Assembly (NCBI GenBank): GCA_951406725.2
Contig: OX597820.1
Coordinates: 31,992,001 to 32,056,000, forward strand
Length of the DNA stretch: 64,000 nt
DNA from: Octopus vulgaris
Lineage: Eukaryota
Direction: 5' to 3'
The notes under the pieces were generated by a model. That model was given only the letters and a program-made list of their open reading frames with translations, did no database searches and was not told the origin of the DNA. The translations under genes and the position numbers were made by a program. Shown here one piece after another: positions 39,554 to 53,475 of this stretch; within the stretch, counting starts at the first letter, position 1, and each line of letters opens with the position of its first letter.

Positions 39554-39785
39554 ACGTATGTGTATATCTTTGTGTGTCTGCGTTTGTCCCTCTAACCTCG
39601 CTTGACAACCGATGCTGGTGTGTTTACGTTCCCGTAACTTAGCGGTTCGGCAAAAGGAACAGATAGAATAAGTACTAGGCTTGCAAAGAATAAGTTCTGG
39701 GGTCGAGATGCTCGACTAAAGGCGGTGCTCCAGCATAGCCGCAGTTAAATGACTGAACCAAGTAAAAGAGTAAAAGAGAGTAAAG
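39363..39785 (+). mobile_element. SINE family B
   Basis: GGCGTAGGAATGGGTGTGTGGTAAG head, internal microsatellite and standard tail. Confidence 0.85.
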
Positions 39786-39883
39786 AGTATACACACACAT
39801 ACACACACACGTGCATTTATATGTGAATACGTGCGTGCGCGCACACACACACGCACAAACACACACACACACACATACACACA

Positions 39884-39921
<38 letters not shown>

Positions 39922-40433
39922 TTCCTTTTTCACTTCCTCGCACTCTATGTCTGGCATGCGTGTGTGCAACTCTGTTCCCCCCTGTATTCTATACCCCGGT
40001 TAATCTCCGACATACGGTGTCAATTGAACTTCCAGTCGAAACACAGCTGAGGGTATTATCTCAAGCAGATATACTGGAATCTAAGCCAGCTTATACCAAC
40101 GGGGTGCCGCCAGGGAGGGATGGTGGATGAGTAGGTAGACGGGTGCACAGACGGGTAGGTAATGTTAGAGTTTAGTTCTGTTCCACGCAGAAATTTTACA
40201 GTTGTCGGAATTAGATTGGGTAACATCGCTGGGGTATGACGGGTAGCGCTCTTTCTCTCTTGGGGGTGGGAAACTGTAATATCTCTCTCGCGTCTCTACC
40301 CCGCTCACTCCTTCTCTGTCTCTGTCTCTCTCTCTCTCTCTTTACTTTCCTACTGTATCTCTCTTTCTTTCACTTCCTCTCTCATACTCTGTTTCGTCCT
40401 TTCATATATGCGTATATAGTATGTGTGTATGCA

Positions 40434-40507
<74 letters not shown>

Positions 40508-40529
40508 CCTCTCAGTCTATCTACACACA

Positions 40530-40605
<76 letters not shown>

Positions 40606-40804
40606 CACGTGTATGTATATATATATGTATATATACATACACGTGTATGTACGTATATGTGTACGAATGTGTATGTCTGTGTATTTGTACGCGTGTGTGT
40701 GCATGTGTGTCTGCCTGAGTGTACATGTGTGCACGTGACCATGTGTGTATGTCGGTGTATGCATGTGCCTGAACGTTTGAGTGTTTGCGTGTACATGTGT
40801 GTGC

Positions 40805-40850
<46 letters not shown>

Positions 40851-41612
40851 ATATATCCCTACATACTCCTCTTCCTTGTGCAATTTGTAGTATTCAAACT
40901 TCCTATCATAATGTAACGCACACACATGCATAAACGGTGACACGCATACACACATTCACTTATACACGAACGCTGATATGCAGACACACACACACACACA
41001 GACATACATATGCTCACACTCACACACACACACACATACATACATATGCTCACACTCACACACACACACACAGACATACATATGCTCACACTCACACACT
41101 CACACAAACGGACATACATATGCTCACACTCACACACACACACACACACACAGACATACATATGCTCACACACTCACACACACACACACACACATCCACA
41201 CCGAAATACATACACATACATACGCACACGTAAACACAAATGCAAACGAATACAAGTCATCCACACACATAGAAACACACACACACACACACACACACGC
41301 ACTCACATGATATATTTACGCGCTAATATATATATATGTGTTTGCGTGTGTATGTGTTTGTATGCATCTATGTAGGTATGCATATAAGGATGTATGTGTG
41401 CACATGTGTATATGTATGCGTGTGTATATCTTTATGTATGTATGTATGTATGTGTATGTATGTGTATGCGTGTTTACTTATGAGTCTTATGAGTAAGCGT
41501 CCAAATGCGTACGTTAAACCGAATAGATAAGTGATACGTATATTTTGATAAACAAGTTTATTAAATATAACTCATGCAAAGGAAGACATGCATACACATA
41601 TATACATACACG

Positions 41613-41657
<45 letters not shown>

Positions 41658-41913
41658 GTAAACTCTTTTACTCTTTAACTCATTTCAGTCATTTGACTGC
41701 GGCCATGCCGGAGCACCACCTTTAGTCGAAGAAATCGCCTCCAGAACTTATTCTTTGTAAGCCTATCGGTCGCATTTGCCGAATCGCTAAGTTACGGGGA
41801 CGTAAATACATTAGCATCGGTTGTGAAGCGATTTTGGGGGGACAAACACGGACACACAAACATATACACCACATACATACATACATACATACATACATAC
41901 ATACATACATACA

Positions 41914-41949
<36 letters not shown>

Positions 41950-41974
41950 CATATATACATACATACATATATAT

Positions 41975-42680
41975 GAAATACAAAATGGAACAAGAACGTA
42001 AAACATCCAGACAGCTAGGTGATACAAAAAAGGGACAACAAAACATCCAGATTACAAAAAGAAAACAAGGACGGGTCATTCAGAGCTTTCTTTCCTCGGT
42101 CGAGTTCCAGATTATCTTTGCAATTTCGGCTGATAATACTCGAGATTGCTCCAATCTAGCCAGACTCAAAGAAAAACTAAGCTAAGAGCATTAGATTCCT
42201 TGGAAGAAAGCAGCGAATGTATACGAAAATAAGGACGGAAAAAACGGAGAATGTTACACAAATACAAATAACAAGACATAACAACAGGTGTCTTTTGACT
42301 AAGGACGAATTAATTTAAGCTGGCGTGTGTGGAAATAAAGCCTTACGGCAGGGATACAAGCTTTTACAAGCACAGGAAGGAATATAGATTTTGCATGGAC
42401 GACGACCGAACCAAGAAAGAAAGATCAGGCTTGGCCGAAGATCGGTCACGTGGAGAGAGAAGAGAGAGAGAGAGGTAGAGGCAGAGGGACAGAAGAATTA
42501 AGGAGGGGCGAGAGAGAAAAAAAGGACAGGGACACAGTGAAGTGAAAAGAGGGGGGAACTGAGCAACAAGAAAAGGTAGGGAAATGTGTGAGAGAGGTAG
42601 AACGAAAGAACGAAGAGTGGAATGCACGAATAAGAGTGAAAGGGGTGACAGAAAGATTGAATAGAGGCGTACAAGATTTA
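41975..42680 (-). mobile_element. Long copy of repeat family D
   Basis: Collinear with 36385-37110. Confidence 0.7.
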
Positions 42681-42689
42681 GATAAATAT

Positions 42690-42833
42690 ATATGACGGCT
42701 TTCTTTCAGTTTCCGTCTACAAAATCCACTCACAAGGCTATAGTAGAAGACACTTGCCTAAGGTGCAACGCAGTGGGACTGAACCCGGAACCATGTCGTT
42801 GGTAAGCAAGCTACTTACCACACAGCAACTCCT

Positions 42834-42881
<48 letters not shown>

Positions 42882-43245
42882 TCGTTTATTTGTTTCAGTC
42901 ATTTGACTTCGGCCATGCTGGAGCACCGCCTTTAGTCGAACAAATCGACCCCAGAACTTATTCTTTGTAAGCCTAGTACTTATTCTATCGGTCTCTTTTG
43001 CTGAACCGTTAAGTTACGGGGACGTAGACACATCAACGTCGGTTGTGAAGCGATGGTCGGGGGACAAACACACACACACACACATATACGACGGGTTTCT
43101 TTCAGTTTCCGTCTACCAAATCCACTCACAAGGCTTTGGTCAGCCCAAGGCTATAGTACAAGACACATGCCGAAGGTGACACACAATGGGACTGAACCTG
43201 GAAACATATTATTGGTAAGCAAGCTACTTACTATTCAGCCACTCC

Positions 43246-43250
<5 letters not shown>
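42690..43250 (-). mobile_element. Two adjacent family B SINEs
   Basis: Two heads (about 42838 and 43248) on the minus strand. Confidence 0.8.
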
Positions 43251-43324
<74 letters not shown>

Positions 43325-43421
43325 ATCCTTATATATATACCCATATATATCCAGGCCCATATGTTCATGCATATATTTACATACACATAAGTTCACATAT
43401 AAGTGCATATATACATACATA

Positions 43422-43495
<74 letters not shown>

Positions 43496-44834
43496 CGCAC
43501 ATACACATATATACATAGGTACACTCACAAACACACACACACAACACACATATATTTAAACATGCATATATACACACATATATGCGTATATATATATTCT
43601 TTTATTTTTCTGTATCTTCTTTTGTTTCAACCATGTGACCAGGGTCATGTTGCAGCACCACCGTGACTTAGTTTACATGCATTTTTTTTATGTACATGCA
43701 TGTATACACACACACGCACACACACACACACACGCACACATGCACGCATGCACGCATTCACACACATACATGTTTTCCAGATATAGTCTTTTACATGTTT
43801 CACTCATCAGGCTGGGAGCATGAGTAATTAAAAAGAAATGGATTAGGTCACTCACACGCTCCTCCTCCTATCTCTCTCCCTCCCACTTTCACGCACACGC
43901 ACGCACACACACACACACACACATATGTATACACGCACACACGCACCCATACACGCAGATGTGGATACACGCAAATAAAATATTTTTATATACATAAATA
44001 TTTATTTATTCATACCCATACAAGCATGTGAAAGTTTCTCTGTGCTTTCTTAGAATCCTCACAGCTGTAAGTTTATGCAATGTACGTACGGTTGCATACA
44101 TACATACGTACACACACACATACATAGATACATATGCACATACGTACATACACACATACATACATATATGTTTGCATACATATATACATAATGCATACAT
44201 AATACTTACATGCATGGATACATACATACATTCACACAAACATAAGTACACACATACATACATACACACATGCATACATACATACATACATACATAGTTA
44301 CATACATACACACATACATACTTATATGCATGCATACATATATACATACATGCATGCATGCATAATACTTAAATGCATACATACATACATACATACATAC
44401 ATGCATGAATACATACATACATACATGCATACATACATTCACACATACATAAATACACACATACATACATGCATATATGCATATATGCATGCGTACATAC
44501 ATGCATACATACATACTTACATGCATACATACATACATGCATACATACATACATACATACATACATACATACATACATACATACATACATAACCACATAC
44601 ATACATATGTGCAAGCGTACATACATACATACATGCATACATACGTAGATATATACATACACACACATATGTAGGCATACATACATACATACATGCATAC
44701 ATACTTACATGCATGCATACATGCATACATACATAAATACACACATACATACATACATGCATATATGCATGCGTACATACATGTATACGTACATACATAC
44801 ACACACATACATACATATTCTTTTTCTTTTTTTC

Positions 44835-45039
44835 CTTTTACTTGTTTCATTCATTTGACTGCGGCCATGCTGGAACACCGCCTTAAGTCGAACAAATCGA
44901 CTTATATTTTGTTAGGCTAGTACTTATTCTATCAGTCTCTTTTGCCGATCCACTAAGTTACGGGGACGTAAACACACCAGCATCGGTTGTCAAGCGATGT
45001 TGGGGGACAAGCACACACGCACACACAAACACATACATA

Positions 45040-45110
<71 letters not shown>

Positions 45111-45284
45111 GTATATATATATACGACGGGCTTCTTTCGTTTTCCGTCTATCAAATCCATTCACCAGACCTTGGGTGGCCCGAGGTTAAGTAGAAGACAT
45201 TTGCCGAAGGTGCCACGCAGTGGCACTGAACTTGGAACTATGTAGTATAGAAGCAAGCTTCTTACCTCCCAGTCACGCCTGCGC

Positions 45285-45285
<1 letters not shown>
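44835..45285 (-). mobile_element. SINE family B
   Basis: Same family sequence, with an internal (TA)n run. Confidence 0.8.
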
Positions 45286-45329
<44 letters not shown>

Positions 45330-45950
45330 GTATATATATACAGGTGGTGGTGGTGGCGACGGTGACGGTGGCGGCAGCGGTCGTGGTGGTGGTGGTAATT
45401 GTGACGATGTTCATATTGATGTTGATCATGAAAATGATAATGACGATGGCGATGGTAATGATGTTGATGACGACGACGATGATGATTATGGTGATGATGA
45501 AGCAGATGACGATATATTTCTTTTTTCGTTAGATTCGTTTTATTCGTTGAATTCTCGTCATGTTGGACCAATCCGACGCACATCTGTTCTGCTAAAAATT
45601 TCAGAGACGCAAAAAGTGTGCCTGAGCTTTCAGACTTAATCATTCTGAATCTTGAGCTAACCAGTTTCAAAATATGGTAGTGTAACATTAAATGATAAAT
45701 AACACCCGTTTTTGTTAGCTTGCTCGGGTTATGGAGCCAGCTATTCGGCGACTGCTTGTTGTTATATTGATCACATCTTCGTATAAGGTATAATTCTGGT
45801 ACAATATATAGTTGTTTGTTCCTGTCCGTCGTTAGAAATTTCAATAAAACTTTTTAAATTTAAATTTTATGGAATGGTGTTAATAACTAATGTCTTGAAA
45901 CTTATTAAAAGAGCTCTGTTTCTGACAGCAGTATGAAAGGTCAGTTTTCC

Positions 45951-46576
45951 TACGAGTGTTGCAATGTGTTCAATTTATTTTAGTGACAAAGACAGCGGTA
46001 GTGTGCTTCGGATAAATAATCAAAGCCTTGTCTAGAACGTTCCAAGCATGTAATTTCTCTTTTCCGAAGCTTTTCAGATAAACAAGTCAGGGAATTTTCT
46101 TTGTCCCCAGACTCGAAGGAATTTATATGCAGCGTGAATCTTCTTATGAAGTTATTATATAACTCTCCACTTTCACATGATCAGGAATTATCTCCATCTG
46201 CTACAAGAAGCAGTATTGATCGACTAAGACACGAGATCGGCTATATTTGAATAAATGTCATACGAGAGGCTATTCAGTCTCAGCACCTTGTACTTTGTGT
46301 AGCCACCCAGTGGCTCTCCTACCCTAAAACTGATTTCATGGTTTGTGCCAGTTTGCTTCTTCTGCTGTGAGTTGTGACATAATGTCGAGACAAGTTTTGA
46401 AGCCCCACTATCTCTGGATTTACTCAGCCACTCCTCTTCAGTCTGGCAAAATTCTGCCGTAAAGTCTGTTAGGGATCGGTTACTCCGTACGCACATTCGG
46501 GTCCGTCAAAGATCGTGCTTGATACTTTTCGCCATTCAACTACCCGAGTTTACGGAATCACTTTTGGACCCTCGTA
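45951..46576 (-). mobile_element. Old, decayed mariner-like element
   Basis: Both ends start TACGAG(T/G)GT in inverted orientation. Minus-strand TATAGCCGATCTCGTGTCTTAGTCGAT resembles a frameshifted YSPDLAPSD. Confidence 0.4.
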
Positions 46577-46599
46577 TTTATTAATACGTACGCTTGCAA

Positions 46600-47212
46600 G
46601 GCGGCGAACTGGCAGAAACGTTAGCACGCCGGGCGAAATGCTTAGCGGTATTTCATCTGCCGCTACGTTCTGAGTTGAAATTCCGCCGAGGTCGATTTTG
46701 CCTTCCATCCTTTCGGGGTCGATTAAATAAGTACCAGTTACGCACTGTGGTCGATATAATCGACTTAATCCGTGTGTCTGTCTTTGTTTGTCCTCTCTGT
46801 GTTTAGCCCCTTGTGGGTAGTAAAGAAATAGGTATTTCGTTTGTCATTACGTTCTGCGTTCAAATTCTGTCAAGGTCGACTTTGCCTTTCATCCTTTCGG
46901 GGTCGATAAATTAAGTACCAGTAACACATTGGGGTCAGTTTAATCGACTTAATCCCTTTGTCTGTCCTTGTTTGTCCTCTCGATGTTTAGCCTCTTGTGG
47001 GCAATAAAGAAATAAGAAACGCTTGCATGCCGTGCGAAATGTTTAGCGGTATTTCGTCTGTCTTTACGTTCTGAGTTCAAATTCCGCCGAGGTCGACTTT
47101 GCTTTTCATCCTTTCGGGGTCGATAAATTAAGTACAAGTTGCGTACTGGGGTCGATCTAATCGGCTGGCCCCCTTCCCCAAAATTTCGGGCCTTGTGCCT
47201 AGAGGAGAAAAA
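46600..47212 (+). mobile_element. SINE family A composite (three units)
   Basis: Junctions AAAGAAATA|GGTATTTCG at 46830 and AAAGAAATA|AGAAACG near 47014. Confidence 0.88.
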
Positions 47213-48062
47213 ATACGAACTCTTGCATATATTTAACGTCGGAGAAAAGAGCGAAGGGCTATCTCACGGATTGCTACATCAGTATATATATTACCTACAA
47301 ATTTCTTGACAAGGACTCGGAGCGGAAAGGGTTATAATTAGACATCGCAAAATATTTTGTCCGGTGCTCAACCGATTACTTGTAGCACAGGTAAAGATTA
47401 CACATCGTTGGAATAAGGTAATCTGGTATCTTATTTCATCAACCTCAGATGAACAAAAAGAAAATCAGCCTTGATGGGATTTGAACGCAGGATCCAAAGG
47501 CAGCGTATTTAAAACCCGTGCATTTTATCGTTCACTTCACAGATACATAGATCCACCACCTTAGCAATGTTGATAATGATTAGTCGGAGCAAGGCCAAGA
47601 ATTATTGGGGGGGAAGAAGGAGGAGGAGGAACAGTGTATTGTATCGACCTCATGATTGCGCAAGATCTTTATTTTATCGATTCACGGGAGATGAAAATCG
47701 AAGTCGATCGTGAACGGTGGGATTCGAACTCAAAAACGCAATGGAACGAAACTTAATTGCCACAAAATATTTACCCTATTGCTCAAACAATTCTCCCAGC
47801 CATGACTTATGCAATAATTATAAAGATTTGTAATGTTGGCACGAGGCCATAGCTAATAGTAAGAGCAGCAGTAACGGCAATAATAACAGCAGCATCATCA
47901 TCATCAACGACAATAACAACAATAACAACAACAACAACAATAACAATATTACTAATAAACGTTTTGCCTGTTGAGTTTCTCGCTATTTTTCCCAGCATCC
48001 TGCAGATATTACATTCACTTTTGGCTCGCATGATTAATAGAGCTCAGTTGTGTGTGTATACT

Positions 48063-48113
<51 letters not shown>

Positions 48114-48245
48114 GTGTGTATGTATGTATGTATATACACGTGGGCGAGAGAAATAGAGGAGAAAGTGTTAGATGGAGTGGAAGAGGGAGAAGAAAGTTTG
48201 AGAGGATGAGACAAGCGAAAGAAATGAGTAATACGCTGAAGAAAG

Positions 48246-48324
<79 letters not shown>

Positions 48325-48326
<2 letters not shown>

Positions 48327-48660
48327 GGCTCAGTGGTTAGAGCGTCGAGCTTACGATCGTGAGGTTGTGAGCTCGAATCCCGGACCGGGCTGCGTGTTGT
48401 GTTCTCGAGCAAGGCACTTTATTTCACGTTGCTCCAGTTCACTCAGCTGTAGAAATGAGTTGCGACGTCACTGGTGCCAAGCTGTATCGACCTTTGTCTT
48501 TCCCTTGGATAACACTGGTAGCGTGGAGAGGGGAGGCTGGTATGCATGGGCGACTGCTGGCCTTCCATAAAAACAACCTTGCCCAGACTTGTGTCTAGGA
48601 GGGTAACTTTCTAGGTGCAATCCCATGGTCATTCATGACCGAAGGGGGTCTTTACCCTTT
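48325..48660 (+). mobile_element. SINE family C, tRNA-Arg-like head
   Basis: TGGCTCAGTGG A-box, TTACGAT anticodon-like loop, GCTCGAATCC B-box, then a GAGCAAGGCACTT body. Confidence 0.85.
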
Positions 48661-48787
48661 ATATATATATATATATATATAAGTGTGTGTATATACACGT
48701 ATATGTGTACATAATGTATATATATGCATATATGTGTGTATATATATATGCTATATATATATATATGTGTGTATTTGTTTGTGTGAA

Positions 48788-49086
48788 GGCGCATGGCTCA
48801 GTGATTAGAGCGTCGATCGTGAGGTTGTGAGTTCGATTCCCGGACCGGGCTGCGTGTTGTGTTCTTGAGCAAGACACTTTATTTCACGTTGCTCCAGTTC
48901 ACTCAGCTGTAGAAATGAGTTGCGACATCACTGGTGCAAAGGTGTATCAGCCTTTACCTTTCACATCGGTTGCGTGGAGAGAGCATCGGCTACTACTAGT
49001 CTTCCATAAACAACCTTGTCCGGACTTGTGCCTCGGAGGGTAACTTTCTAGGTGCAATCCCATGGTCATTCATGAGGATCACCCTT
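48788..49086 (+). mobile_element. SINE family C, second copy
   Basis: Closely similar to 48325-48660, with small deletions. Confidence 0.85.
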
Positions 49087-49992
49087 ATATATATAAATAT
49101 ATATATATAAATATAAATTAAAATAGGATAGCAGAATTTTAGAAATTTAAATGTGGCTTTGGACGTTCGACTGCTCCTTCTATCACGTAAGGCTACCTGT
49201 TAAGGGTCGCCTCTTACCTGATAGAAGGAGCAGTCTGCTATCCTATTTTAATTTATATTTATATAGGAGAATTCACAAAAAAAGAAAAGACGAAGACAGG
49301 TGGTGTAGACAACAAACAAAGATGCATTAGTTTAACGCTCGGGAAGTGAAAAAGTGTTTAACGTTTCGAGCCTACGCTCTTCTAAAGAAATGAACACAGA
49401 AAGGAGAGAAAATAAAGTATGTGTAGTGGCTAGCGATCTATATATATTTATACTTATACATATATGTATATATATGCTCATATATCTAGGTAAATAGATG
49501 TCTTGAAAGAAAGATAGATCGATCAATAAAGAAAGAATAAAGAAAAATGCAAGGTATTGAAAGAGAGTAATTGATTGAGAAAAAATTCCGATAGATCAAA
49601 GAGAATGCGTAGATAGAAAGCAGGTAGATAAATGAATACATTGCTATCCTCCCTCCCCACCACCACCACCACCACCACCACAACCACCACCATCACCACC
49701 ACCACCACCACCACCACCATCACCATCATCATCATCATCTACTAGACCCGGTCATTACTGTGTCGAGTTCTAGGAGTCAAAGGGCCGGCTACTCGATTCC
49801 CATGGTTTATAAGTGACCAAAAGATCAATGCATTCCTCATACATGAACGGGCCGCCAGTCCGTTTGAGGGTTATTCATTTACAACTAAGTAAACTGGAAA
49901 AACGGGAAATAAGCATTTGGTTCAGCATCCGAAAGCACGATCTTGTGATCACGAGTGCAGCATCCTAACCTGGTTAGGGTGTTGCACTAGAT

Positions 49993-50320
49993 CAGGAGTT
50001 CTCTGCCATTTCTCATCTGTGGACCCCTTTGATAACTATTTCATTCCGGTGGAACCCTATAACCATTTGATGATTAAAAACTAGTTTTATAGAAACCTCT
50101 TTAAAAAATTCCTATTTTGTTATTTCCATATTAACTTGTGTAGGTTTGAACTATGTAAAATGTTAGAGAAAGAAACCCGTTTCTTACAACACATACTGAT
50201 ACATATATCTAAAAGCAACATTTTTCTGGGCCTCTTGAAGTTCGTTTGTGAATCTCCGATTTACTATTTTGTTGCGTGGACCTCAAAGATCTTTTATGGA
50301 CCCCCAGTTGAGAACCACTG
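49993..50320. mobile_element. hAT-type MITE (uninterrupted relative of 11656-12600, opposite orientation)
   Basis: CAGGAGTTCTC...GAGAACCACTG termini; flanks CACTAGAT/CATTAAAT. Confidence 0.75.
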
Positions 50321-50384
50321 CATTAAATGAATTATAACCACCCTATCACCACCATTACTGCCACCACAACCCCAAAATAATGAA

Positions 50385-50800
50385 TTAAGGGAAGTAGTTC
50401 AAAGTAGCCAGAGGCATGTCTATAAACAACATTGACAAATACAGTATATTAAAAATCATACAATATAAAAATATTGATTTATCAAAATTACCTCTGCATG
50501 TTGGGGATGTGTTACAATTGCTTAATAAGACAATCCATATAAGAAAGGGAGATAATCTCAAGAATCAAAATTTCGCAGAAGTTGACTGCCTCAATGCCCG
50601 TCATCAGCTCGACAATTGTGCTAACCTATATCTAGCAGCGAAATGACATAAACTTATACCAGAAGAATAGAACACATTTATGTCCTAGATTATTTGTATA
50701 AATTAAACAAAGATAAGCTTGGAGAAACTACTCAGGGTGGCCAATGGCATGTATATGAACAGCTTAGACAGATAGCAGCACGTCAAATACGATGTAGCAT
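50385..50800 (+). mobile_element. Highly decayed non-LTR reverse transcriptase remnant (R4-like)
   Basis: TIHIRKGDNL, HIYVLDYLY and LEKLLRVA...SLDR occur in the order expected for the QGDSLSP, YMDD and GLDKC motifs. Confidence 0.35.
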
Positions 50801-51978
50801 GAATTATCTCTGCCTCTAAAGGATGTGTCATGATTATCAAATCCTGCCGAGGTCTAGTGGTTGTTGGCACTTGAGTAGCTCTTGTGCATATGAACCTTCT
50901 TCAGCAGTCCGGGAGGGCCCGGATCCTCCCCTACTGCTCTTAGATTACTGGAACTTCAGCTCTCTAGGCATGTGAATTTTCTTCAACAATCTGGGAGGGT
51001 CCGGACCCTCCCCTACTGTTCTTAGATTACTGGAACTTCAGCTCTCTGGGCAGGTGAAATTTGAACTCAATGTAAAGAGCCAAAAAATATATCGTAAAGC
51101 ACTTCTACCGACGCTCCTGCGATTCTCCCACCTGCAGAGCAGCGTGAAATGAAGAACACAACACACCGTTGCTCGGTCCGGGAATCGAACCAACGATCTA
51201 GCGATCGTGCGTACAACTCCTAACCAGTTGTCCACGCGCCGTGTCAGATTTGCTTTATATCCTTTCGGGGGTCGATAAAAAAATAAGTTATTCAAAGGGG
51301 TAGATTAGCAGAATCGTTAGAAAGTCGGACAAAATACCTTGCTGCATTTACGTTCTGAGTTCAAATCCCGCTGAAGTCAACACTATTTTTCATTCCGCCA
51401 GGGTTGATAAATTAAGTACAAGGGTCACTTAATGTATGAGGATCAGATCTTGGGTACGATGTCGAACAAAATGCTTTGCGGTACTTGTTTAACTTCATCT
51501 TTCATCCATCCGAGGGCTCTATAAAAAAAAGTACAAGCATGGGATTAATTTAAACGGTTAATCTCTGTTCCTCAAAATTCAAGCCTTGTGCTTATTTTGG
51601 AAACAATTTCTTTTCAATCTGAGTTCAAATCCTGCTGAAGTCAACTTTACCTTCCATATCTCCAAGGTCGAATGGTTAAATCATATATTTGGGACAAATA
51701 TTGCAGGTGTTAACTATCACCCGCTAAAATAAAACTGCTGGCATCGTGTCTAAACTAGAAATAATTATTAAGATAACCGAAGAAATGGGGGATTAGCAAA
51801 ATCGTTAGAGCGTCGGACAAAATGACTTGTGGCATTATTTCTTCCAGCTCCTTTCGTTCTGAGTTCAAATCCATCTAGGGTTAACATTGTTCTTCACTCC
51901 ACCCCCAGAGCCTGAAAGTTAAATATTGGGATTGATTAATCTACTAGGGTAAAATACTGGGATTAATGATATCAACAA

Positions 51979-52268
51979 ACCGTCGGTTACGGCGATGAGT
52001 GTTCCAGGCGATACGAGCAACAGAACAACCTGCTCGTGGAAATTAACGTGCAAGAGGTTGAGCACTCTGCAGACACGCGTAGTTCTGCGGGAGATTCAGC
52101 ATAACACAGAATATGAGAAGGCTGGCCCTTTAGATACAGGTACTACCTGTATCATTTTTTGGCAGCTGAGTGGACTGGGTCAACGTGAAATAAAACGTCT
52201 TGATCAAGAACACAAAGCGCCGCTGGAAATCGAGCTCACGACTTTTTGATCGTGAATCAAATACCCTA
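51979..52268 (-). mobile_element. tRNA-derived SINE variant
   Basis: Minus-strand head GGCACGTGGCTTAATGGTTAGGG and a family C-like CCAGTCCACTCAGCTG body. Confidence 0.65.
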
Positions 52269-53245
52269 ACCATTAAGCCACGTGCCATCAGAACGTTTCA
52301 GGTGTTTACGTACTGAGTTCAAATTTCGCTGAGATTAACATTATTTTACATCCCTCTAGGGTCGATTAATGTACTAGGTGCAAATACTGGGGTCACTGGT
52401 ATCGACTAATCCCCTTCGAACAAAATACTTTGAAGTACCTTTCCTGTCTTAAGTTCAATTCCCGTCGAAGTCAATTTTAGTATTCGTTAACCTTAAATTT
52501 TGGAGTCGATTAATTTACTGCAGTTAAACACAGAGGTTAATTGCAGAGGTCAGCAGTATCAAATAACCCTTCGCCTCAAAATTACTGGCCTCGTGTCTAA
52601 ATTAAATTTCTTAACGAAGCCGAAGGACCGGTGGATCCTCGGAAACTGTAAGAGCTTCGGGCAAACAATGTTGAAGTATTTAGTTACGAACCTGTATGTT
52701 CTGAGTTCAAAGCTCTGAGTTCAAGTCGTTCAATGGAATTTTAAAAAATAAAATAAAAGTGGGGTAAGCAACTCGCTTCCCAATCACACGGTTCCGAGTT
52801 CAGTCCCACTGCATGCCATCTTAGGTACATATGTGTGTGTGTGTGTGTGTGCGTACACGCGAGCGTGTCTTTGGATCTGTGTTTGTCTCTAACCACTACT
52901 TGACAACCGGTGTTGGTGTGTTTACGCTCCTCTAACTTAGTTCGGCAGAAGACGCCGATAGAGTAAGTACTAGGCTTTAGAAAAATAGAAGAAGCTTGCT
53001 TCCCAACCACATAGCTCCGGGTTCAGTCCCACTGCGTGACACCTTCAGCAAGTGTCTTCTACTATAGCCTCGGACCGACCAAAGCCTTGTGAGTGGATTT
53101 GGTCGACGGAAACTGAAAGAAGCCTGTCCTCTCTCTCTATATATAAGTTCAGCAAAAATTTAGATTCAAATGAATATGGTACTTAATTTAGATGCACCAG
53201 AATTCTGTATGGTGTTATCCATAAAAATCCGTGGGGTAACTATAA

Positions 53246-53407
53246 TCAAAATAAGCAACAAGAATGACTCCGGTAATTTGGTACGATCGTTTCGTACTAC
53301 ATCATTTTATTAAATGTTGTAAGTATTACAAAGTATAAAAGTAAAAAATGATGTAGTACGAAACGATCGTACCAAATTGCCGGAGTCATTCTTGTTGCTT
53401 ATTTTGA
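53246..53407. repeat. 63-bp near-perfect inverted repeat with a 36-nt spacer, inside a family B SINE
   Basis: 53246-53308 versus 53345-53407, one mismatch. Confidence 0.92.
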
Positions 53408-53437
53408 GTATATATATATATGTGTGTGTGTGTGTGA

Positions 53438-53475
<38 letters not shown>

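Noticed and set aside
45161-45844. 227-aa minus-strand ORF with a His-rich tract
   Set aside because: It is extended by a GAT/GGT repeat, a TA run and a SINE, and the unique part has no recognisable domain.
48325-48400. tRNA-Arg gene (also at 61054 and 34337)
   Set aside because: The A/B boxes run straight into SINE bodies and the acceptor stems are not intact, so these are SINE heads.
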